Numbered from the stretch's first letter, positions 19,149-29,446 are shown. The stretch is DNA of 64,000 bases from an uncultured Gammaproteobacteria bacterium (GCA_964427735.1 CAYRUS010000002.1:3734-67733), one strand, 5' to 3'. The notes: generated by a model not told the origin, from the letters alone. Numbers and translations: made by a program.

Positions 19149-20955
19149 TTTTATATATATTCAAACTAGCACCACCTGTAAACTTTAGCATATCAATAAA
19201 CTCTGGCAAAGACTCATAAGCCACATTAACTGTTGTATCTGATCCTCCGTAATAAACATAAAGCACATCATCAATTACAGCTGCACCACAAGGATAAATA
19301 ACACCATACTTATACCCCCCATTTTCGTATGGCTCAGTAGGTTGCATAATTGGTTTATTTGATCTATAAAGCACTCTTGTAGGATCTTCTAAATCAAGCA
19401 GCATAGCTCCCATTAGGTATTTTGAATCATCTTTGTCATCAACAGCATTATAGATTACAAGCCAACCATAATCAGTTTTTATTGGGGTTGCCCCCACTCC
19501 AATTTTTCTACTATCCCAATTATCCTCCCTGGGAGAAATTTTATAATCGCCTTTGAGCCATGTTTTCCCATCAAATTCATCTAATGAATCAACATAGTCA
19601 ACCAAAATATCTGGAAATACACGATGAAAAATTACATATTTACCATTAACTTTTTCAGGAAGAATTGTTCCACTTTTATCAATGATTCCTGGTCTAGATA
19701 TCAGTACAGGGTCTTTCCATGCATCCCATTTTTTATTATGGAAATCATTTTCATCAATGGAAGTCATTGCAAGCCTAGGACCATTTCTGCCATCATAAGC
19801 AACATAAACAACATAAAATCTGTCATCAATTTTTGTCATGCGTGGATCTTCACAACCTCCGCCACCACCAAATCCAGAAATAAAACTAACAGAGCAATAA
19901 TTACCCGTGTTAACCTCAAAAGGAGCCCTAGGTGTATAAATCGGGCCTTCTCTCTCATCAATATTTAAGCCGTCCTTGCTAGAGGCATATCCCCAAACAG
20001 AAGTATAATCTTCCCCTACTGCACGATATATTAGATGGACTTTTTCTCGGTCATACCAAGCAGCCGGATTAAAAACAGCAACAGACTCCCATTCTTTTTC
20101 GGGGTTTGGCTCAACAATAGGATTTGCAGGATATTTTTTTAGAGTTGGGTGAACAACTTCTGTCTTTCTTTTCTGGGCTTTAAGAACGCTTCTATAGTGA
20201 GGATGATTAACAGCATAAATATTTCCATCATGTGTTTCCCAATAAGATATGATTCTTCCTCCTACATGTGATGTTCCCAAAGGATAAGGAGATTCCCCTT
20301 CCCATTCATCAGTTTGTTCCCAAAGTTTTCTTGGCTTTTTCCAACTAACAAACTTTAGATTATTATCTTCAAAAAGCAGTGCATATACTTTGTTTTGCCC
20401 TTTTCCTTTAACATCTCTTAAAAAGTAAGTTAACAAATAACCTTCATTCACCTGAAGAAGATTTCCAATTACTAAATCATATTGATCTTTTTTGTTTTCT
20501 TCTAAATCAATTAACTTTTGTTTGTCTTTCCATTTTTTGAGATTTCCTGACTCAGCCAAACTTATAGAACTCCCATCTGTATAAAGCATTAAGTAATTTT
20601 CTTCACCCAAACTAGTAGCCAGCAAAACTCCCGAAGAATATGGCAAGTGTGTATCAGAGATTTGTTTCCAATTTTTGATATCGGGTGAAATAGCAATATT
20701 TAGAAGTTTTTCTTGATTCCCTTTTCTGTAAACAAGCAAATATAACTCACCAGAAACTGTTATCCTGAAATTATCTAATTCAGTTATATCTACTTTATTT
20801 TCGCCATCAAGTATTGCACAATCGGACTGAAATACATTAAATTCAAAACCATTTAAACTATACTCAATTGAAAAATTATTACCATTAGATTTTTTAAATA
20901 AAAACACACGCTCTCTATTTTCAAACACACCCAGTCCTAAATTTGAAGTTTTCAT
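19132..20955 (-). CDS. GH130 protein with degenerate N-terminal propeller domain
   Basis: C-terminal VFNPAA, GCEDPR, VIYPCG, YYGGSD; N-half lacks these motifs. Confidence 0.85.
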   Translation of the reverse strand: MKTSNLGLGVFENRERVFLFKKSNGNNFSIEYSLNGFEFNVFQSDCAILDGENKVDITELDNFRITVSGELYLLVYRKGNQEKLLNIAISPDIKNWKQISDTHLPYSSGVLLATSLGEENYLMLYTDGSSISLAESGNLKKWKDKQKLIDLEENKKDQYDLVIGNLLQVNEGYLLTYFLRDVKGKGQNKVYALLFEDNNLKFVSWKKPRKLWEQTDEWEGESPYPLGTSHVGGRIISYWETHDGNIYAVNHPHYRSVLKAQKRKTEVVHPTLKKYPANPIVEPNPEKEWESVAVFNPAAWYDREKVHLIYRAVGEDYTSVWGYASSKDGLNIDEREGPIYTPRAPFEVNTGNYCSVSFISGFGGGGGCEDPRMTKIDDRFYVVYVAYDGRNGPRLAMTSIDENDFHNKKWDAWKDPVLISRPGIIDKSGTILPEKVNGKYVIFHRVFPDILVDYVDSLDEFDGKTWLKGDYKISPREDNWDSRKIGVGATPIKTDYGWLVIYNAVDDKDDSKYLMGAMLLDLEDPTRVLYRSNKPIMQPTEPYENGGYKYGVIYPCGAAVIDDVLYVYYGGSDTTVNVAYESLPEFIDMLKFTGGASLNIYKNANSL

Positions 20956-21155
20956 AAAGCAGTCCTTTATATATGTATAGCATAATATTTTAGCCTACTC
21001 AACGATCCAAAGATTACATTTTGGCTTATTTACGACAATATATGAAACGCGAAATGCATCAGAAATATCTATAGTACGTACTAAGATAATTTTTAATTTC
21101 TTTTAATTATCGTTTATCGTTTGACTAAAAAATAAATTTCAATAGAATTAATAAG

Positions 21156-21410
21156 GTGAAAGTTATAAAGAGAGATAACAGCTTAGAAGATTTCAATCCA
21201 GAAAAAATTAAAAAAGTTGCAGTTGCAGCAGGATTGGAAAAGGATAAAGCTGAAAAAGTAGTAGAAAGAGTAAACAGTTGGATTCAATCTACAGGCGAAT
21301 CTGAAGTTAGCTCACTCATGATTCGAGATAAAGTACTTGAGTTGCTGAAAACAGAAGATGAGTACGCAGCGGGATTATACGAATGGTACGAAAAAACAAA
21401 AGACAGATAA
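21156..21410 (+). CDS. Stand-alone ATP-cone domain protein
   Basis: MKVIKRDNSLEDFNPEKI...VSSLMIRDKVLELL. Confidence 0.85.
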   Translation: MKVIKRDNSLEDFNPEKIKKVAVAAGLEKDKAEKVVERVNSWIQSTGESEVSSLMIRDKVLELLKTEDEYAAGLYEWYEKTKDR

Positions 21411-21457
21411 GATACGCTCCTCTTGATACAATAAATATTTATGAGTAATATTTAGTT

Positions 21458-21805
21458 ATGGCTAAAGCAAAATATAAAGAATATGTTGAAAAGATGCTTC
21501 TTGAAAACAAAGAACTGTTTGATAAATTCAAAAAAATACATGATAAATACTCAGAAAATCAAGATGAGCTTCAGGAAGAATTTAATGATATCGGAAAATC
21601 TGTTATGGAAAAAGTTAGAGAGTATGAAAGTAAACTATGCTATGGATCTGAAAGAGGTGGATATAGTCAATACACCTCTGGTCTTGCAGAAAAATTCCAA
21701 AATGAAGTTAGAAGCATCTTCCCTATGATTGATTTTGTAGGTGTAAAGGTAAATAATACTGTTAAGAAAATAAGTACTTTTAATATCAAAAAGATTAATT
21801 TATAA
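21458..21805 (+). CDS. Hypothetical protein
   Basis: 115-aa helical ORF. Confidence 0.75.
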   Translation: MAKAKYKEYVEKMLLENKELFDKFKKIHDKYSENQDELQEEFNDIGKSVMEKVREYESKLCYGSERGGYSQYTSGLAEKFQNEVRSIFPMIDFVGVKVNNTVKKISTFNIKKINL

Positions 21806-21817
21806 AATTTAGTAGAA

Positions 21818-22021
21818 CTACTTCGAAATATCCTCTTCAGATGGAATTATAACCCAACAAATAATATATGGTAAAAATCCAGGAAAACCACCTGGAATCA
21901 TAGCAAATAACCAAAGCAATCTAACAAGGGTAACATCAATTTCAAAATAATTGGCAAAAGCTAATGCTACTCCAGCAACCTTTCGTCCCTTTGTGGGTCT
22001 CATTAATTTCTTTTTTGCCAT
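21818..22021 (-). CDS. pspC: PspC domain protein
   Basis: KKLMRP...KVAGVALAFANYFEIDVTLVRL...YIICWVIIP. Confidence 0.85.
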   Translation of the reverse strand: MAKKKLMRPTKGRKVAGVALAFANYFEIDVTLVRLLWLFAMIPGGFPGFLPYIICWVIIPSEEDISK

Positions 22022-22049
22022 AGTTCATTATAAGCAATTTTACTAAATT

Positions 22050-22090
22050 AAAACAGGGTTAGCGTGTGACGGCGACTAACCCTGTGCTTT
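22050..22090. terminator. Hairpin ACAGGGTTAG...CTAACCCTGT with T runs, likely intrinsic terminator
   Basis: 10-bp perfect stem, followed by Ts on the minus strand. Confidence 0.55.
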
Positions 22091-22205
22091 TGTTTTCCCT
22101 GACTTCATAAGCTTATGTCATGGCATGCTTTCAATTTCACAGATACGTATATGGTCAGTATTGTAAATCAGTAAGAAATAAATAAGAAAGACTATTCCCT
22201 TAAAT

Positions 22206-22685
22206 TTAATCGAAGTCTACATCATAGTCGAGTGATGGTGGGTATATTTGCGGCTCATCAATACGTGAAGTGTTAATTGTATTTAATAGTTCATTTACTT
22301 TTTGTTCCAATAACAGCACTTCAAAGTCATCAGCATATACTGAAGGGTTTCTAATTCCACCTGGAGGTGGTGTTATGTTCTCCACCTCACTTGGGATTAT
22401 CTCATTACCCTCATCTGCACTGTTTCCAGTTGTTATTATTTGAGCTAAAATCCCTAATACAACTATAAAACCCATTAATCCAAAAAAGAAAATTGAAAAT
22501 ATAATAAATATTCTTCTTTGTACAATAGGTATATTTTTTAAGGGAGTTGAAATTAGTTTCTGATCAATTTTGCTAATAACTAGGTTAGCGACTCTAAAAA
22601 ACCCACTAAGATTATTTGTTTTAGATGTAGTTGTTGTATTTTGATTATTTATTTTATCTTCCATTGTCTGCTGTTTTAATTTCAA
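22206..22685 (-). CDS. Hypothetical single-TM membrane protein
   Basis: Central hydrophobic helix; C-terminal PPSLDYDVDF. Confidence 0.75.
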   Translation of the reverse strand: MKLKQQTMEDKINNQNTTTTSKTNNLSGFFRVANLVISKIDQKLISTPLKNIPIVQRRIFIIFSIFFFGLMGFIVVLGILAQIITTGNSADEGNEIIPSEVENITPPPGGIRNPSVYADDFEVLLLEQKVNELLNTINTSRIDEPQIYPPSLDYDVDFD

Positions 22686-23478
22686 TAATAATTTCTCTCA
22701 TAAATCTCATTGCTTCTAAAACATTAGTTCTTGCTTGACTCAAGAAATTCTGTGAGGTATTAAAGTAGGTAGTTTTCTTAGTCCCTGACCTCGGATCTTT
22801 CATTTTATCGATTTCCTTTCTTGCTAATTCTTCGTTTCCTTGGGTTTGAGCCAACTGATTTTTTGCATCCCCTAACCATTTTTTTATAATAGTAGTATCC
22901 TTGTTACCTGCACTTTCTATCCCGGCGATTTTATTCTCGAGTTGTATTATTAAATTACTGGCATCCTCACGATTACTGTCAATTTTGCCAAATGAAATGG
23001 TGTGTAAAGCTAAAAATCCCACCTCTTGTGTCGTATCCGATCTTGTTTTTGCTTCATCTGATAATGAAACTAAATTATCTAAATTATTTTCAGATTCTAC
23101 TCTTTGCTTATGATCAACATACCAATTTCTTTCTTCCTCTAATTTAGTGTTAATTTCGCCTCTTTGTGTTTCATCAATCCCGCTAGTGATATTTAACTTT
23201 GCTATAACAGCTGCAATATATGTAATCCAGACTTCATCTCTTGCTGATAAAAAGTTTTTTGTTGCTACTTCCGCTTCCCGTTGGGCTGTCAAAGTTCCGT
23301 GTCTTAGATAAGCAACGCGTTTTAATTGGTACTCTTCTCTTGCTGCTCTATATTTATCCATTTGGGAAATATAATTTTGATATGCTTGCTCATATGTAGA
23401 TTGAGCCTTGATAGAAATAGTGTTTATTGTAAAAAGACATAAAAATACAAACAAAATAAGAGTATATTTCTTAGACAT
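22654..23478 (-). CDS. Secreted coiled-coil protein
   Basis: Signal peptide (IKA-Q), all-helical heptad pattern. Confidence 0.8.
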   Translation of the reverse strand: MSKKYTLILFVFLCLFTINTISIKAQSTYEQAYQNYISQMDKYRAAREEYQLKRVAYLRHGTLTAQREAEVATKNFLSARDEVWITYIAAVIAKLNITSGIDETQRGEINTKLEEERNWYVDHKQRVESENNLDNLVSLSDEAKTRSDTTQEVGFLALHTISFGKIDSNREDASNLIIQLENKIAGIESAGNKDTTIIKKWLGDAKNQLAQTQGNEELARKEIDKMKDPRSGTKKTTYFNTSQNFLSQARTNVLEAMRFMREIIIEIKTADNGR

Positions 23479-23609
23479 ATATCTATTCTAATTCATAATG
23501 AAGAATTGGCAAAGTCTTATGTAGATATCACTTTAAACAGCTTTAGAGGACTCGCGATTTGTAAAATATACTTGATGCGATTGAAACTATATGTTATAAG
23601 ATCAGTACT

Positions 23610-24809
23610 ATGTCACCCAAATTAGAGCGACTTACTGCAAATTTCTTCGACAAAGTAATCGGAGAAACAGATAATATCGAGCAGCTCACCGCATTAATTG
23701 ATAAATATACAGAATTACAAAGAATAGCAGCAAAACAAAAAAACTACGAAGAACTCGTAGAATACACTGCATAGGTTCAAACACTTACAACTAGGTTAAT
23801 AAAACTCCAAGGTTTTAAAGATAGCATTATTGAATATGTTAAAGAAAAAGCTACTGAATTAAATATTCATGAACACGATTTTTCTATATTTTTCACCACA
23901 GATACAAAAATGGAGGTTGAAGAACCTGAAACTAATTCAAAAGACGAGGAAATACATTTGCAACCTAGCAACCAGTACATTCAAAACTCTGTACCTTTAA
24001 CCCTACTAGAAACAGTAAGATTGGATAACCATGGTGGGTTCGTACATTCCACACCTCAAACAATCTCACCTTTAAAATTAATACCAGAACTAAGAGATAA
24101 CGAAAAAATGCTTGCTGCTGCAGCAAAAGCTTACTCTGTCAATAAAAGCAACCATATCCAACAACTCAGAGCTACTGGACAAAAACATAGAACTGAAAAA
24201 TTAGGACAACTTGTAAAGTTACATCTTCCTAAGATCTCCAATCCAGGATATGCACAATATTATAGATATATACTAGACAATTTCGGTGATATGAAAATCG
24301 AAGATTATATTAATAAAGTCCTGAATCGCTTTAGCTACTCAGACTCAGAAGTGGACAGAATAAAAGATTTGGATGTAAAACCATCAAGCATAAAACCTGC
24401 CACTGAAATCTTACTTTCAAATCGACTTACACGAAACAACCATCTTGGTATAATTTTAAAAGAAATTGCAGAACAAAACTTATCTGAAGTGGAGATTTCA
24501 AGGATAAAGGATCAACTAAATGAAAACTGCCAAGTAATGGCAAATAAAAGAAAAGGAAAAGCAGTCAAAGGTAGTGAGGAAGATTATGAAACAGAAAAAC
24601 TTATGGATATTATAATGAAACTTTCCCAATCTGCACAAGGGTGGCATATGATTTCAGATGACTATCTATCATTTAAAATTCTATATAATGTAATGAAAGA
24701 CATAAGAGGTAACAAAACAAAAGTTAATCAACTGGTTAAGACCTTATTCCCAGAATATCGTATAACAACAACGAATGAAGGTTTTGTTATCAATATAAGC
24801 AGGCATTAA
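23610..24809 (+). pseudogene. Hypothetical gene interrupted by one in-frame TAG (23772-23774); the 23910-24809 ORF is its 3' part
   Basis: ATG 23610 is in frame with 23910; MSPKLERL...EYTA*VQTLTT...TKMEVEE has one stop only; TAAGAT 7 nt upstream of 23610. Confidence 0.6.
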
Positions 24810-24862
24810 ATCTATGTCTAAGCAAGAAAGTAAGTCCCACGGAGCTTGGCTATATTTAAAAT

Positions 24863-25507
24863 TTAATTAATAAAATCTCTCAAATCAGGATATTTTTTCT
24901 TAAAAATAATATCAGCCTCTTTTAATTCTTTTGCATGATCATCATCTCTTGCGATTGCAACCACTTTCATTCCAGCAGCGTGAGCTGCCTCTACTCCAGC
25001 AGCTGAATCTTCAAAGACAACACAATCTTCAGGATCTACTCCCAATTTTTCAGCAGCCAATAAAAAAATGTCAGGTGATGGCTTTTTAAATTTGACTTCC
25101 TCTCCTGTAGTGACAGAATCAAAGTAGCTTTCAATGTTAATTTGATCAAAAACTTTTTCAACTATCCACCATTCGTTGCTAGTCGCTAAAGCAGTTTTTA
25201 TATCAGAATCTTTAAGGTCATTAATAAATTCAATAAACCCTCCTTTCAAATCAATCTTACTAATATTTCTGATATAAGAATTTTGAGTTTCACTAGCCAG
25301 TTGTTGAATGGTTTTTTTTGTTTTAATCTTGTGCTTTTCAATCAGTTTTGGCCAATTTTCCTCTACCCCAATACCACCTGTATGAGGATATTTTTCTTTG
25401 GTATGAATATTTAAGGTCCTCAGAATTTCTCTAAATGCAACACCATATACTTCCTCATTCGCGATAACTGTGCCATCCAAATCAAAAATTGCAGCTTTAA
25501 TAGTCAT
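24863..25507 (-). CDS. HAD family phosphatase (beta-PGM-like)
   Basis: FDLDGTV, KPSPDIF, FEDSAAG. Confidence 0.9.
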   Translation of the reverse strand: MTIKAAIFDLDGTVIANEEVYGVAFREILRTLNIHTKEKYPHTGGIGVEENWPKLIEKHKIKTKKTIQQLASETQNSYIRNISKIDLKGGFIEFINDLKDSDIKTALATSNEWWIVEKVFDQINIESYFDSVTTGEEVKFKKPSPDIFLLAAEKLGVDPEDCVVFEDSAAGVEAAHAAGMKVVAIARDDDHAKELKEADIIFKKKYPDLRDFIN

Positions 25508-25531
25508 AGGGTATATTATACCAAAGTTCCA

Positions 25532-26947
25532 CTATTTTTTATGAAGACGAGTACCATCAGGAGTATCTAATAAAGCAAAACCCATGTCTTCAATCTGATT
25601 TCGTACATTATCTGCCTCCTCGTACTTTCCTTCTTTTCGGAGTTGATTTCTTTTGACTATTAATTCTTGGATTTCACTGGAAATTTCCTTTTCATCCTCG
25701 CTATACGCACTTCTTAACTCTAGACCGAGTACTTCATCGAAATAAAGTGCCAAGTCATACTTATCTTCAGAAGGAATATTGCTTTTTAACGCCTCCCAAA
25801 GAACTGCTAATGCTTGGGGAGTGGAAAGGTCATTATTTACATACTCAAAAAATTTTTTCTGAAACTCTTCTACCTTTTTTCGCTTTTCCTCAGAAAGAAT
25901 AGTTCGAGTATTATTTTCTCTTAAGGTAATAATTTGTTTTCTCAAATTATTTAAAGCATTTTGCGCTGCATCTAACGATTCCCAAGTAAAATTAAGTGGA
26001 TCACGATAATGTGCTGTTAAGTAGAGATATCTTAGGGCAATTGGGTCATATCCTCTTTTTTCTACATCCTCTATTGTATATATATTTCCTAAACTCTTAC
26101 TCATTTTTCTGCCCTCAACTTTTAAAAAAGCGTGATGTATCCAATATTTAACAAATGGATGTTTACCAGTTGCAGCCTCACTTTGTGCAATTTCGTTTGG
26201 ATGATGCACAGGAATATGATCTTCCCCACCGGTATGTATATCAAACTGATCGCCCAAATATTTTATACTCATAGCTGAACATTCAATATGCCAGCCTGGA
26301 AAACCATCACCCCATGGACTATCCCAATGCATTGCATGATTAGCATGCTCACCAACCCTTTTAATCCAGAGAGCAAAATCTTGTGGATTTTTCTTTTCTT
26401 TTCTTTCTTTTACTTCTTCACGCACTGCTGTTTTTTTCTCTTCCAATTTCTGTCCTAATAGATTGCCATAATCTTTAAATTTACTAATGTCAAAATAAAC
26501 AGCTTCACTAGTTTCATAGGCATATCCATTTTCTACTAATTTTTGGATCATTTGAATTTGATCTTCTATGTGATCTGTTGCTTTTGCAATCACATCGGGT
26601 CGTATTATATTAAGCTTGTCCATTGAGTTATAGAAATGATCAGTAAAATATTTAGCCACTTCCCAAACTGTTTTTCCGAGCTTCCTTGCACCTTTTTCCA
26701 ATTTATCTTCACCTTCGTCTTCATCTGATGTTAAGTGTCCAACATCTGTTACATTTTGCACATGTTTAACCTCAAATCCATTTAATATTAATACTCTTTT
26801 GAGAATATCATCCCCAACATATTTTCTTCCGTGACCAATGTGTGAATAATCATAAACAGTCATCCCACAAGTATACATTCCAACTTTGGGAGGGTTTATA
26901 GGTACAAATTCCTCAACTTTACGAGTTAATGAGTTATAGAGTTTCAT
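25532..26947 (-). CDS. cysS: Cysteine--tRNA ligase
   Basis: CGMTVYDYSHIGH, PGWHIECSAM, KMSKS. Confidence 0.97.
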   Translation of the reverse strand: MKLYNSLTRKVEEFVPINPPKVGMYTCGMTVYDYSHIGHGRKYVGDDILKRVLILNGFEVKHVQNVTDVGHLTSDEDEGEDKLEKGARKLGKTVWEVAKYFTDHFYNSMDKLNIIRPDVIAKATDHIEDQIQMIQKLVENGYAYETSEAVYFDISKFKDYGNLLGQKLEEKKTAVREEVKERKEKKNPQDFALWIKRVGEHANHAMHWDSPWGDGFPGWHIECSAMSIKYLGDQFDIHTGGEDHIPVHHPNEIAQSEAATGKHPFVKYWIHHAFLKVEGRKMSKSLGNIYTIEDVEKRGYDPIALRYLYLTAHYRDPLNFTWESLDAAQNALNNLRKQIITLRENNTRTILSEEKRKKVEEFQKKFFEYVNNDLSTPQALAVLWEALKSNIPSEDKYDLALYFDEVLGLELRSAYSEDEKEISSEIQELIVKRNQLRKEGKYEEADNVRNQIEDMGFALLDTPDGTRLHKK

Positions 26948-27019
26948 TGCTACAATAATACCAAATTTCAGCTTTTAATTCTTTTAATGATATAATTTAC
27001 CCAACTGCCATTTATAGTT

Positions 27020-27682
27020 ATGGTGGAATATTACAAATTAGATAAAGACATTGTCAATGCTGTTTTAGCGTCAGGAGATGATAAGACTGACATAATAAGA
27101 TCTCTTGAATCACTAGGAGCAAAGATGATTATTAGCGAATTCAATATAGCTAATGGAGACTCCATAGACATTCATCGTAACGGATACAGATATTATTTAT
27201 ATCCACGAATTAATTCAGATAACGAAAACCAAAGATTATTCAGAGAGCATAACTTGCCATTCCTTGGAGATAGCGGCCCTTCCGAATATAATAAGAATAT
27301 TACAATTTTGACAATTCCCTATGCAACAATATCTATTGATAAAAGAAATTATAAAGAACAAAATAATAATACCGATGGTAGCTTGGGTGCAATGGAGATT
27401 ATGTATGAACTTGGAGATTATCTGGGTAATATATACAATTTAACCGGTAAATTTCCAGAAATATTTAATCTTTCAAGAATTGCTTTTGTTCATGGTGATA
27501 AAAATTTTTTAAAATTAATACCACCAATAATACTTTCTGAGGAGAACACCGATTCTTTAACAGAATACTTAAAACAAAATCTCGATACAATTGATCCTTA
27601 TAACTCACATTCAGAGCAAGTAGATGTTTTTAGGGTATCACTATTAAGATCAATAAAACATGCAAGAAAGATTAAACGGTAA
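27020..27682 (+). CDS. Hypothetical protein, possibly degenerate kinase-like fold
   Basis: 220 aa; overlaps the downstream kinase gene. Confidence 0.65.
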   Translation: MVEYYKLDKDIVNAVLASGDDKTDIIRSLESLGAKMIISEFNIANGDSIDIHRNGYRYYLYPRINSDNENQRLFREHNLPFLGDSGPSEYNKNITILTIPYATISIDKRNYKEQNNNTDGSLGAMEIMYELGDYLGNIYNLTGKFPEIFNLSRIAFVHGDKNFLKLIPPIILSEENTDSLTEYLKQNLDTIDPYNSHSEQVDVFRVSLLRSIKHARKIKR

Positions 27683-28667
27683 TATACAACAATTAACAGA
27701 AGCAGCTTATTTCAGACACCAACAAACAGTAAATAGAGCTTTTGAATTATTGGAAAGATATCGATCCAAAAACCCGAGCGTTGCTTGTGTAAAGCAAGAA
27801 TGTCATTCAGCTATTTCAGAACATATACTTAGACAACCAAGTCGCATAAAAGAAGGCATCTGGTTACCTGAGAATCCTAAGGACAGAACTGTTTTATCTA
27901 TTAGACCATCGAGAATACAACTTGTAAGAGGAAATAGCTCCCATAATGTAAGCCTAATAGAAACATCGTTCTATCAAGGGCGTAAGAAAGTCGAGTCTTA
28001 CGGAATTCTAAAACCCTTTGATAATCCCAATGGAGGAATAATAGAATTAATAAACACATCTTACGTCCGTGAATTGGGATATGATACTGTAGACCCACTT
28101 ATTGCAATAGTTGATCATCAAAAAAGCTATATAATCTCTAAATTCAGACCAGATGTAGTGTTTACATTGGATTTACATAATTGGCCTGAATATTTAATTA
28201 CTAATGAAAAAAGTCAGATTGATGCAAAAAATAAACTAACAAAAATAAGCAAATTGCTTGCTAGTTACCATACACACGGAATAGCTCATAGAGACGCACA
28301 AGTTAAAAATTTTGCATTAACACCGGTTGGAGACATTATAGGAATAGATTTTGAGTCTGCTAAAATATTTAATAACCTTTCTGGAAATAATTTAAAAAAT
28401 TTTGCTGCAGGTATGATACACGATTTATATCTCTTGTTCTCTTCCATAACAAGACCTACAGAAGAAGCAGGTGTAGGTTACTTCACACGACTAAATAAGC
28501 AGTCAAGATGGTATGAATTTGCTAAGTTGGTTCTTGAACCATATAGATCCACATTTCTTGAAACAGATTCTCCATTGATAACACTAGAATCAAAGTATGA
28601 CATACTAGAAGTTGTTGAAAATACCCTGGAAAAAAAGATACTACAGTACATGCCTGTTATGCATTAG
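27660..28667 (+). CDS. Protein-kinase-like (Kdo/RIO/Bud32-type) phosphotransferase
   Basis: ILKP..E, YHTHGIAHRDAQVKNF catalytic loop, IDFE. Confidence 0.75.
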   Translation: MQERLNGNIQQLTEAAYFRHQQTVNRAFELLERYRSKNPSVACVKQECHSAISEHILRQPSRIKEGIWLPENPKDRTVLSIRPSRIQLVRGNSSHNVSLIETSFYQGRKKVESYGILKPFDNPNGGIIELINTSYVRELGYDTVDPLIAIVDHQKSYIISKFRPDVVFTLDLHNWPEYLITNEKSQIDAKNKLTKISKLLASYHTHGIAHRDAQVKNFALTPVGDIIGIDFESAKIFNNLSGNNLKNFAAGMIHDLYLLFSSITRPTEEAGVGYFTRLNKQSRWYEFAKLVLEPYRSTFLETDSPLITLESKYDILEVVENTLEKKILQYMPVMH

Positions 28668-28715
28668 TATTCTCATTAAATAATGTCCTTTCTGTCACCT
28701 AAGACTTAATATTTC

Positions 28716-28746
28716 AAAAAATCAGCCGAAGGTTATTCGGCTGATT
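28716..28746 (-). terminator. Intrinsic terminator
   Basis: AATCAGCCGAA-GGTTA-TTCGGCTGATT stem with a T run on the minus strand. Confidence 0.7.
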
Positions 28747-28764
28747 AAAGATGTCAATCAGGCA

Positions 28765-28887
28765 CTACTCTTGTTGAGTACTTTGTTCCCTCTTGTTTCT
28801 TTTGTTTTCATTTTGGTTTGATTGGCGTTGCCCACCTTTCTCACCTTTATTTTGTCTTTTTTGCTGCTTATTTTTATTCTGAGCCAT
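28765..28887 (-). CDS. 40-aa Q/N/K-rich small protein (not in ORF track)
   Basis: GGGAGGTGA SD before ATG; MAQNKNKQQKRQNKGEKGGQRQSNQNENKRNKREQSTQQE*; terminator immediately downstream. Confidence 0.7.
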   Translation of the reverse strand: MAQNKNKQQKRQNKGEKGGQRQSNQNENKRNKREQSTQQE

Positions 28888-28969
28888 AAATTATTCACCT
28901 CCCAGCAAATACTTTATACTAAAGCTTTATATGAAGCTTCCTCAAAACGGGTAAATATAGTGTAAGAAG

Positions 28970-29446
28970 TTAACTGGAAGGTCTTTTCCCAATATCAGGG
29001 CTTTTCTTTCTTGTAATCTTTCCCTTTATTCCCTTCATTTTCTTCCGCAACCTATTTTCATTACCTGGAGCTCTTATTTCAACCATTCCTGACTCTTTTT
29101 CCTTCGCTTCTTGTATGGTTTTTTCCTGTTCTTCTTTTTTCCTTTGCTCTTCAATTTCTTGTTGTCTTAATTTTTGGAGCCTAAATACTTCTGCTTCAAG
29201 CCCTTTCATGTATCGATCTTCAGCTATTTGTCGTTTCCTTATTTCTTCATCCGAAATTGGTTTGAGATTATCTTTCTCCTTTTTCTTGGCTATGTTCTGA
29301 TTCTTGTTTTCAGTAGCCGAACTTTCGCCAGAAATCTGCCTATTACCTTCTCTTATTATTTCTAGAGACTCATCTCTAATTTGCTTTGCAATAGCTCTTG
29401 CCGCCTGTTTGCTTCCCTTTTTAACCTGGTTACCTATTCCATTCAT
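28970..29446 (-). CDS. Hypothetical charged coiled-coil protein
   Basis: 158-aa ORF co-directional with recR. Confidence 0.7.
   Translation of the reverse strand: MNGIGNQVKKGSKQAARAIAKQIRDESLEIIREGNRQISGESSATENKNQNIAKKKEKDNLKPISDEEIRKRQIAEDRYMKGLEAEVFRLQKLRQQEIEEQRKKEEQEKTIQEAKEKESGMVEIRAPGNENRLRKKMKGIKGKITRKKSPDIGKRPSS

Noticed and set aside
3770-23774. Amber (TAG) recoding suggested by several in-frame TAGs
   Set aside because: Conserved genes (cysS, ybaB, pbp2, Fic) end normally at TAG and no core gene has an internal TAG
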